A stretch of 32,000 bases of DNA from Labilithrix sp. (GTDB lineage: Bacteria > Myxococcota_A > Polyangia > Polyangiales > Polyangiaceae). Both the position numbers and the translations under genes were made by a program. This document shows positions 9,478 through 18,903 of the stretch, in pieces. The first letter of the stretch is position 1, and the number at the start of each line of letters is the position of its first letter. Below the pieces are notes generated by a model that saw only the letters and a program-made list of their open reading frames with translations, had not been told where the DNA came from and made no database searches. The stretch spans positions 1 through 32,000 of the forward strand of contig JBGAFW010000042.1 of the NCBI GenBank assembly GCA_044227045.1. The letters are read 5' to 3'.

Positions 9478-10341
9478 ATGGCCTTCTCGCGTGATCTCGT
9501 CGTGGCGCTTGGCTCGGTTGGTCTTCTCTTCGTCGCGGGCTGTTCGGCGGACGCCGCGGACGGGGCGGGTGCAGCGGCGCCCGTCGACGTGAGCGGCGAA
9601 GGCACGGCCGAGGACGACGTGACGGCGATGAAGTATTACGACTGCCGCGGCGGTGACTCGAACGACTCGATGTCACGCCTCGAGATCGGTCTCGGCGCGA
9701 CGAAGCTCGACGTCACCGATCTCAGCAAGGACGCGGCGCCGCCCGACAGCGGCAAGATCGATCGCGACTACAACCCGTCGGCGCAGTACGCGGGCGCCGT
9801 TCGGTTCCTTGGATGGGAGAAGATCCTCACGAGCTTTGGTGGCGGTGACGTCGCGCACATCGAGTTCATCGTCTCGAAGGAGATCAAGGCGAAGCAGGCG
9901 GCGGGCAAGATCTGGATGCGCACGTCGGGCTCGGGCGGCGACACCACGCAGTTCTCCTGCAAGGCCAAGGCGGGGAAGCTCAAGGTCGACGCCGCGAAGA
10001 AGGCGCGCCTCGCCTGCAGCATTCAGCATTTGATCTGCACCCACGACAACCCGCCGGGTGACACGTGCCTCTCGGACGTCTTCCTCAACCAAACGTCCGA
10101 CGACGAGGCGACGCTCAAGCTCACCTACCTCGATCACTTCGGCGTGCACGTGGTCGAGCGCAAGGTGCCGCTCGCGGCGTCGGCGCTGCAGCGAACGACC
10201 AAGAAGGTCGAGGGTACGTGGGCCGGCAACCACCTCGAGCTCGATCACCGCGGAGGCGTGACGTACACCGGCACGTTCAAGCTTCCGGGGAGCGGCGGCT
10301 CGAGCGAGGTGCAGTGCAACGACCTCGCGATGTTCGACTGA
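9478..10341 (+). CDS. Hypothetical lipoprotein
   Basis: ATG at 9478 gives 'MAFSRDLVVALGSVGLLFVAGCSADAADG' (lipobox). The ORF is open from 9223, but the lipoprotein start is preferred. Confidence 0.72.
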   Translation: MAFSRDLVVALGSVGLLFVAGCSADAADGAGAAAPVDVSGEGTAEDDVTAMKYYDCRGGDSNDSMSRLEIGLGATKLDVTDLSKDAAPPDSGKIDRDYNPSAQYAGAVRFLGWEKILTSFGGGDVAHIEFIVSKEIKAKQAAGKIWMRTSGSGGDTTQFSCKAKAGKLKVDAAKKARLACSIQHLICTHDNPPGDTCLSDVFLNQTSDDEATLKLTYLDHFGVHVVERKVPLAASALQRTTKKVEGTWAGNHLELDHRGGVTYTGTFKLPGSGGSSEVQCNDLAMFD

Positions 10342-10344
10342 CGC

Positions 10345-11634
10345 TCAGCGGCACTTTCCGAGCGCGTTCCAGAGACGCGCCCAGTTGGCTTGCGAGAACC
10401 TCGCTCGCCCGCGCACGGATCGAAACGACACGTTCGTCTCGTTCAGGTCGAGCTCGACGAGCTCACCCAGGTTGACCGCGTTGTTCGTGTTCGCGCCCGT
10501 CGCGGCGCCAACGCCGAACGTGAACTCGTAGTCCTTCTTTCCCTTCGCGTAGTCCGTCACGGTCTCCTTCGGCGCGCCGAGCTCGTTCGTGAGGCAGGAG
10601 ACGAGGCGGGAGCGGCCCGACGCATAGGCCGACGTCTCGTGGAACGACACGCTCGTGAGGGCACCGTTGGCGGCGTTCGCCCACGAGAAATCGACGGAGA
10701 AGAAGAGCGGATGGTCGACGGCGATGACGTAGCTCGTCGGGCTCTGCGCGATCACCCCTGGAAAGGAGCGCCGTAGCGCGGCATGGGCGCTCTCGAGGGG
10801 CGTCGCAGGATCGAACACCGCGAGCTTCGCGCACGGGTAGCCCAGGCCAAACACGTCGACGAGCTCGTCGCGGGTCGCCTTGAGCGGAAGGCCGAACGCC
10901 GCGTTGAGGATGATCTGTCGTCCGATCTCGAGCTGCCGCGCGCGCGACGGATTCGGTTGGTTCTGGTACCTCTCGTCGACGCTGACGGAGAGGTCTCCGT
11001 CTTTCAGGTCGAGCCGAAGCGAGACTGGACCCCATCGCCAGTTGCCGCTCTTGTCGAGGCCGCCGTGTAGGTTCGCCGACAAGCGATCGACGAGGCCTGG
11101 CTCGAGGACGGCGTTGCGCGTGGCTTTGATGTCGAAGCTGTAGAGGACGAGCCCCTTCGACTCGTCGGTCCAATGAAAGCTCGCCGACTCGTACGATTTC
11201 GCCGCGCCCCGCCGGAAACGCGAGCTGACGTATGTGCCCGAGCCGGTCGTCGACGGCAGGTCGGAGGAGACTTGCTGCGGGCTGCGGTCGAGCGGCTCGG
11301 CCGCGATCACCTCTGGCGTCGCGCCGTGCGCGTACGGCCAAATGGCCTCACCGCCGAGGATGATGAAGGGCGTGAGGATCGGGACGAAGATCACCACGAA
11401 CCCCAGGCAGCCCATCGAGTCTTTCTTGTACTTGAGCGGCTTGTCGGAGCTGGCGGAGACGTGCGCAGGCGGAGTCCACTCCTTGGGCGGCGAGAAGCTG
11501 ACGTTCTCGAGCTCCTTCATGATCCGAAGGCGCTTGCTCTCGTTCTCGACGCCGCAGTAGTTGCACTTCATCAGCATGCGCTTTTGCTTGCTGATATCGA
11601 GCGGCGCCCCGCAGTGACCGCACTCCACGATCAT
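10345..11634 (-). CDS. Zinc-ribbon membrane protein of unknown function
   Basis: N-terminal 'MIVECGHCGAPLDISKQKRMLMKCNYCG' CxxC...CxxC ribbon and one TM segment 'GCLGFVVIFVPILTPFIILGG'. Confidence 0.75.
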   Translation of the reverse strand: MIVECGHCGAPLDISKQKRMLMKCNYCGVENESKRLRIMKELENVSFSPPKEWTPPAHVSASSDKPLKYKKDSMGCLGFVVIFVPILTPFIILGGEAIWPYAHGATPEVIAAEPLDRSPQQVSSDLPSTTGSGTYVSSRFRRGAAKSYESASFHWTDESKGLVLYSFDIKATRNAVLEPGLVDRLSANLHGGLDKSGNWRWGPVSLRLDLKDGDLSVSVDERYQNQPNPSRARQLEIGRQIILNAAFGLPLKATRDELVDVFGLGYPCAKLAVFDPATPLESAHAALRRSFPGVIAQSPTSYVIAVDHPLFFSVDFSWANAANGALTSVSFHETSAYASGRSRLVSCLTNELGAPKETVTDYAKGKKDYEFTFGVGAATGANTNNAVNLGELVELDLNETNVSFRSVRGRARFSQANWARLWNALGKCR

Positions 11635-11656
11635 GATGGCGGGATACTACAACGTT

Positions 11657-12259
11657 TTACTTCGCGGCCGCATTCACACGGTTGGATGACGCCGCCCCGA
11701 GCGCGCGCTGAAACGCCGCAATCGACCGCTCGTCCACGGCGCCGCCCGTGTAGACGATGCGCCCGTCCCGGTCGACGACCAACGTCGTCGGGACGCGCTT
11801 TTCTCCGAGCGTGTCGGCGAAGCGAAACTCTTCGTCGACCAGGATCATGTACGGCATTCGATGCGCCGAGGCATAGGTCGAGACGCGAGCGACCGGCTCT
11901 CCCACCGCGACCCCCACGACGACGGCGCCTCGGTCCTTCGCCCACGCATCGAGCTTCGTCAGCGCGGGGAGCTCGTCCCGGCATGCCTCACACCACGTCG
12001 CCCAGAGCGTGACGAGCGCAGGCCGGCCCGCGATCGCCTTCCCGAGCTGCGTCTCCGACCGATCGAGCCCGAGGACGTTCGCCGTCGGAAGCGCGGGCTC
12101 GTGCGCGGAAGACGCGGCCGGCGAGGACGACCCGGTCGCGGGCGCGGTGGACGCGGACGGTGTAGCCGGTGGTGGTGACGATCCTTCGCAACCGCAGAGC
12201 GACGCAAACGTCAGAGAAGCGAACGTCAGAGAAGTCAGAAGCGCGCGCCCGCCTGCCAC
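11657..12259 (-). CDS. TlpA-like thioredoxin-fold lipoprotein
   Basis: Signal/lipobox region 'TFASLCGC' and thioredoxin active site 'VTLWATWCEACRDELPAL', plus 'RVPTTLVVDRDGRIVYTG'. Confidence 0.85.
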   Translation of the reverse strand: MAGGRALLTSLTFASLTFASLCGCEGSSPPPATPSASTAPATGSSSPAASSAHEPALPTANVLGLDRSETQLGKAIAGRPALVTLWATWCEACRDELPALTKLDAWAKDRGAVVVGVAVGEPVARVSTYASAHRMPYMILVDEEFRFADTLGEKRVPTTLVVDRDGRIVYTGGAVDERSIAAFQRALGAASSNRVNAAAK

Positions 12260-13470
12260 AGAGCGACGTTAACGGTGAGTCCGTCGGTACGCCAGTACCG
12301 TTCGTACCCAGCGTCGATATGGGCGCTTCGAAAAGGCAGGCTGGGCAGATCGGCGGTGACCTTGAACCCTGCCGTCTGCGCGTCGAATGCGCCGAGGTCG
12401 CTGTCGGCGGTTCGGTACATCGTGGCGCGCGTGCCGAGCGTCGTGAAGAAGTCGGTGGCCGTCTGCGTGTGGTAGCGGTACGTGCCGCGCACGTAGAGGA
12501 GCGGGGTGAGTCGCTGCAGAAGTTGCACCTCGGCCGAGTGCGCGGCGATGCCCCAATTGTCGACGTAGAGTCGGTAGAAGCCCTTCAAGGCTCCATCCCA
12601 CGGAAGATATTGGGCGAAGCGCGCGACGAAGGCGTGGCGAATGCGCCGGCGCGGCATCAGCTCGAGCTCGCGATCGAGCGTATCCATCGGCACGGAGTTC
12701 CACGTGTTCGACAGCTCGCCGAACTGCAACGACAGCCCGTAGTTCGCATGCACCACCGTGGTGGGCGAGACGATCTGCGTGAAGCCGAGGTTGCCGTTCG
12801 ACGTGCTGCGCGACGCGCGACCATGACGATGGCCGAGGATGTCGTAGCGATCGAACCAGTCGTAGGCTTGGTTCGCGTTGGCCGAGATCGTCGCGTTGTC
12901 GTCCGCGAAGGAGAACGTGCCGCCGGCGCCGGTGCTCCACGACCGGAAGTTCTCTTCGGCGTGCACGCCGCTCTTGCCGAAGACGCTGAGGCCTTGCTTT
13001 GGCGCCTCGTACGTCGTCGTCCAATCGAACGAGAAGGCCTGGTTCTGCCTCGACGCGTTGCTCATCACGTCGGGCGGGACGCGCTCCTTGTCGTTCGCAT
13101 TCGGAGAGGCGGCGGTGATGAGGTCCACCGGCGCCCAGAAGCGATGGACGATGTTCTCGTTCTGGCGCGCGATCACGAGGAGCTGCGGCTGAAAGACCGT
13201 GAGCCGCTCGCTTCCGGGCGAGGTCGCGCGCGGCCCTGCCTTCGATTGGTAGCCAAGACCGTCTTGCTGGTACGCGGTGAGCGCGGTCTCGACCGACTCG
13301 AGCACGAAGCTATGCCTCTTCTGATGCAGGCTCTTCTCGATCTCGGGGTCGAGGTGGAGCGTCGTCTCCGCGTCGTCTGCGTGCGCGCTCCGTTCGAACA
13401 CGCACGCGAACGAGAGCGCCGCCATCGAGACGAGGAGGCAAGAGGACAGCGAGGTCGAGCGAAACAACAA
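12235..13470 (-). CDS. DUF3570-like outer-membrane beta-barrel protein
   Basis: N-terminal signal peptide; alternating beta-barrel-like pattern ending in aromatic 'GARF'. It sits next to a DUF4266-like gene and overlaps the tlpA-like gene by 25 bp, suggesting translational coupling. Confidence 0.72.
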   Translation of the reverse strand: MLFRSTSLSSCLLVSMAALSFACVFERSAHADDAETTLHLDPEIEKSLHQKRHSFVLESVETALTAYQQDGLGYQSKAGPRATSPGSERLTVFQPQLLVIARQNENIVHRFWAPVDLITAASPNANDKERVPPDVMSNASRQNQAFSFDWTTTYEAPKQGLSVFGKSGVHAEENFRSWSTGAGGTFSFADDNATISANANQAYDWFDRYDILGHRHGRASRSTSNGNLGFTQIVSPTTVVHANYGLSLQFGELSNTWNSVPMDTLDRELELMPRRRIRHAFVARFAQYLPWDGALKGFYRLYVDNWGIAAHSAEVQLLQRLTPLLYVRGTYRYHTQTATDFFTTLGTRATMYRTADSDLGAFDAQTAGFKVTADLPSLPFRSAHIDAGYERYWRTDGLTVNVALWQAGARF

Positions 13471-13495
13471 GGACGTCTTCTTCGTCGCCGTTTGG

Positions 13496-13732
13496 TCAGT
13501 GGCACCCGCATCCGCCGCCCGCAGCCGATCCGTCCCCGCCCGCGGCGCCTTCGCGCGTGTTGTAGAGCTTCTGCTTTCGGTAGGTCTCGAGCTGATCGTC
13601 GGTGAGCGACATCATCGGGTCCGCGAGCTTGCCGCGACGGTTCTGCGGGACCGCGGCGCACGCCGTGGACAGGAGGCAGAGGAGACCGCACGTGACGAGC
13701 ACGAGCGCGTGGGTTCGATTCCTGGTCATCAT
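13496..13732 (-). CDS. DUF4266-like small lipoprotein with C-terminal GGGCGCH
   Basis: 78-aa product 'MMTRNRTHALVLVTCGLLCLLSTACAAVPQNRRGKLADPMMSL...YNTREGAAGGDGSAAGGGCGCH', with a lipobox and the Gly/Cys-rich tail typical of DUF4266. It is contained within a longer open frame in the ORF track. Confidence 0.75.
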   Translation of the reverse strand: MMTRNRTHALVLVTCGLLCLLSTACAAVPQNRRGKLADPMMSLTDDQLETYRKQKLYNTREGAAGGDGSAAGGGCGCH

Positions 13733-13755
13733 GTTCGTCCTTCTCGAATTCGTCG

Positions 13756-14395
13756 TCAGAGCGTCCCGCCAAGCATCGCGCCGTAGGCCGCGCCGGAGCT
13801 CGGGCCGCCGATCATCGGCGTGAGGTGAATCGCTGGCGCCGCCGTCTTCTTCGGCGTTCGCTCGCTCACGCGCACCGCGTCGAGCGTGCCGAGCGCAGCG
13901 CCGAACACCGACGTGGTGAGGAGGCCGATATAGGTATATTGCACGGGTACGGAGGCGATCGTGATGAGGTTCGGGACGAACGCCATCGTCGTCGCCATCG
14001 CCACCTCCGACGCGAAGGGGATGAGCGCGAAGAAGAGGCCGCGCCTCGTCTCGTGCACCACCATATGGGCGAAGAGCGGCGCGAGCGTCAGCCCGGTCTG
14101 CATGCCGAGGAGCGCGGCGTTTCGCCGACGCGGTCGCCGTGACCGAGCCCGCGAGCAGCGCGAGGAGCGGCTTCGGCGCGTCCCCCTCGTCGTCTTCTCT
14201 CGCCGGCGCGAAGCTGCTCGGTGAGATGGGCGGCGGTGAGGATGGCGCATCGACGAGGAGCGGCGCGTCCTTCGTGTCCTTCGTGTCGTTCGCGTCCGCG
14301 GCGGCGTCCTTCGCGAAGAGCGCGACGTGCAGCGTCAGGGCGAGCGCGATCGCCCACGAGCGCTGACGGCGACCGGCGCGATCCACGAAACCCAC
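13756..14395 (-). CDS. Hypothetical membrane protein, apparently interrupted by a frameshift near 14120
   Basis: The signal-peptide half 'RSWAIALALTLHVALFAKDAAAD...PLLALLAGSVTATASAKR' is in one frame. The membrane half 'NAALLGMQTGLTLAPLFAHMVVHETRRGLFFALIPFASEVAM...' is in another. Each becomes Arg-rich nonsense beyond the junction. Confidence 0.55.
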
Positions 14396-14489
14396 GCGAC
14401 GAGGGTAGATCGCATGGGGCGGAAGCGCACTCTCGGACGCACGCCCTCTGACTGTCTTCCTTGGCGCGCGCGCTCGCGGACAAAACGAA

Positions 14490-14516
14490 CGAGGCGAGCA
14501 TTTTGCGCTCGCCTCG
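14490..14516 (-). terminator. Rho-independent-like terminator downstream of the OmpA/TSP3 gene
   Basis: Perfect 10-bp stem CGAGGCGAGC/GCTCGCCTCG with 7-nt loop, about 30 nt after the minus-strand stop. Followed on the minus strand by T-rich TTCGTTTTGTCC. Confidence 0.62.
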
Positions 14517-14545
14517 CTTGCTTCGTCAGCTCACCGGCTCGCCGA

Positions 14546-16570
<2,025 letters not shown>

Positions 16571-16719
16571 GAGACGACGCTAACACAATGGGAAAGTACG
16601 AGTGAAAATAGGTACACTCTCCACAGGCCGCTCCTAGGTCGGTCTTCTGCGCTGGTTCGCGCTCGGCTCGGTCGGCTCCTGTTCCTGTCGCCACGTCGCC
16701 TTCTCCTTAATAAGCACGC

Positions 16720-18333
16720 ATGGCTCCCGTCCCCTCTCGACCACGCTCTCTATTAACCGTCGCCATCCTCCTCGTGGCCGCGGTCGCCCTCGTCTTCTGT
16801 GTGGGGGAACGCAGCGCCCGCGCGGATTTGAAGCTCGATGGGCGCTGGAAGCAGAGCCCGCTCCGTGAAGACTTCACGGTGCAGCAGTGGCTCGATGCGG
16901 GCTGTGGACCGCACCCGCAGTCCACGACGACCGGTGGTGGGGAGATCATCAGCATCCGTCTCGAGGGAGACGAGCTCGCCTTCGTCGGCGGCGGACGCGT
17001 CTATCGAACGAACGCCTGCTACGACCCGATGCCCACCCTCTCGCGGGAGTCCCATTCGCGAGACGCAAGCGGGAAGACCTGGCGCACGCGCTGCACGACG
17101 GCGCCGGCCGACCCGCGAAAGACGGTGCTGAACACGCTGGTCGTCGCGACGACGGACACGCACATCGATCTGATCGAGACGGGTCGCTACGAGATCACGC
17201 TCGAGAACGGCCGCTGCATGGCGGACGTGAAGCGAACGCGGAGCTTCGACCTCGTCGAAGGCGACAACAACACGACGCCGACCGCCACGGCGACGACGCC
17301 GCCCACCCCCACGCCGACGCGCGATCCCGAGCCCAAGCCCAACGCGTGCGCGAGCCCGGGTGAGCCGAACAAGCTCGAGGTGCGTCCGTCGAAGAAGCTC
17401 CTTCGCACGGGCGAGGCGTTCAAGTTCCGCGCGCTCGTCCTCGACGCGAAGGGATGCGACACGCGCACGGCGACGACATGGAAGCTCGCGCCGGAGGCGG
17501 AGGGCAAAGGCGTCACGGTCGACGGGGCAGGCAACGTCACCGTCACGAAGGAGGCGCCCGAGGGTGCCGTCGAGATCGTGGCGACGGCCGCTGGAAAAGA
17601 CGCGCGCGTCACCGTCGAGGTCACGTCTCCGGCCCGCTACGACGAGCTGCTCGCGCGCTCGGGGCTCAACTCGGCAGGCGAGAACGACGAAGCCTCGACC
17701 GCGACGATCGCCTCGCAGTCGCTCGGCGCAGGCGAAGGCCGGGTCGAAGATCGAGCGCGCGAGCGCCGACTCATCTTCCTCGGCATCGTCGGCGGCGTGC
17801 TCGTCGTCCTCGCGATCGCCGCGATCCTCCTCTTTCGGCGATCGAAGCGCGCGCAGGCGCTGCTCGAGCAAGCCGACGAGCGTCACGAGGCGCGCGTGCA
17901 GCAAGTTCTCGATCGCCGCCGTCGCCGTGAAGAGGAGCACGCCGCGCAGCTCCGCGCGCACGAGGAGAGCGTCCGCGCGGCGAAGAACGCCGAGGCGCTC
18001 GAGGCCGCCGCTCCACAACCTGGTGCGGCCCCCACGACAGCCGGCAAGACACTCCTCATGCAGCAGTCGCCGATGATGCCCACGCGAAGTGCGAGCGAGA
18101 TGGTCTGCGCGTCCTGCGGTCGCGAATCGCCGCCGGGTACGACCTACTGTCCTCACGACGGAAGCGCGCTCGTTCCGGCTGCATCGAAGGGTGCCATCCC
18201 CTACCCCGCACCCGCCGCGATGGCGGCGAAAGCCTCGACCCGTGGCAAGATCTGTCCGACCTGCGGAGAGCGGTTCGACGGTGGAGCTGACTTCTGTGGC
18301 AAGGATGGGACGCAGCTTGTCCTACTCAATTAG
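16720..18333 (+). CDS. Membrane protein with extracytoplasmic N-terminus, single internal TM helix and C-terminal double zinc ribbon
   Basis: Signal sequence; TM 'RLIFLGIVGGVLVVLAIAAILLF'; C-terminal 'MVCASCGRESPPGTTYCPHDG...KICPTCGERFDGGADFCGKDGTQL'. Confidence 0.8.
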   Translation: MAPVPSRPRSLLTVAILLVAAVALVFCVGERSARADLKLDGRWKQSPLREDFTVQQWLDAGCGPHPQSTTTGGGEIISIRLEGDELAFVGGGRVYRTNACYDPMPTLSRESHSRDASGKTWRTRCTTAPADPRKTVLNTLVVATTDTHIDLIETGRYEITLENGRCMADVKRTRSFDLVEGDNNTTPTATATTPPTPTPTRDPEPKPNACASPGEPNKLEVRPSKKLLRTGEAFKFRALVLDAKGCDTRTATTWKLAPEAEGKGVTVDGAGNVTVTKEAPEGAVEIVATAAGKDARVTVEVTSPARYDELLARSGLNSAGENDEASTATIASQSLGAGEGRVEDRARERRLIFLGIVGGVLVVLAIAAILLFRRSKRAQALLEQADERHEARVQQVLDRRRRREEEHAAQLRAHEESVRAAKNAEALEAAAPQPGAAPTTAGKTLLMQQSPMMPTRSASEMVCASCGRESPPGTTYCPHDGSALVPAASKGAIPYPAPAAMAAKASTRGKICPTCGERFDGGADFCGKDGTQLVLLN

Positions 18334-18771
18334 CCTGAACGAATGCTCTGGCTGCGAAGCGAGCTGCCCGACGGTGGAGGTGTGAGGGTGCTCTCCATCG
18401 CGCATCGATAAGCGGCGGACGCTCCAGTTGCCGCCCTCAAACCTCGAGGGAAATGGCCTCGTCTACGGGATGCTCGTCCGGAGATGAGCGTGCGCGTTTG
18501 CTCACACATGAGCACTCACGCCATCACGAAGGCGTCTCAGCAACCTCGTGCATCGCGGGCGAGCGAGAGGGTCGCGGTCGACGAAGCTCGAGAGGCGTGA
18601 TCCTCCGGCGCGGAAAAAAAGTGATGAGAACGTTTCGTTTCGTTCCACGTCTTAGCGTGGCGTGGACGATAATCAGACGAGGGGAGTTTCTTTCGAAACT
18701 GCCCAACGCTCATGTCTCGAGACACGTCGAAGTTGTGGCCGCATGTCACGTCGGGAACAAACCCACGTAGC

Positions 18772-18801
18772 TTGATCGCTTCGATCGGCGGCCGCTATAC
18801 T
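18772..18801 (+). promoter_or_regulatory. Candidate sigma70-type promoter upstream of the ZnR-GYF gene
   Basis: TTGATC (18772-18777), 18-bp spacer, TATACT (18796-18801). Confidence 0.5.
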
Positions 18802-18903
18802 CACGATGCAACACAAACTGGCTGATTTCCGGGAGCAAAGCGCGCTCCCTCCCTTTGACAACTCCCGCCAAAGAATACGCGCTCTCGTAAGGACGGTTCT
18901 GCG

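Noticed and set aside
13708-13732. GGGTTCGATTCCTGGTCATCA resembling a tRNA T-arm and 3' end
   Set aside because: Flanking stems are not complementary, no D or anticodon arms are visible, and it is explained by the start of the DUF4266-like gene (MMTRNRTHA on the minus strand).
18453-18770. 105-aa plus-strand ORF in the intergenic region
   Set aside because: No protein-like features or ribosome-binding site. It spans several hairpins, so noncoding interpretation is preferred.
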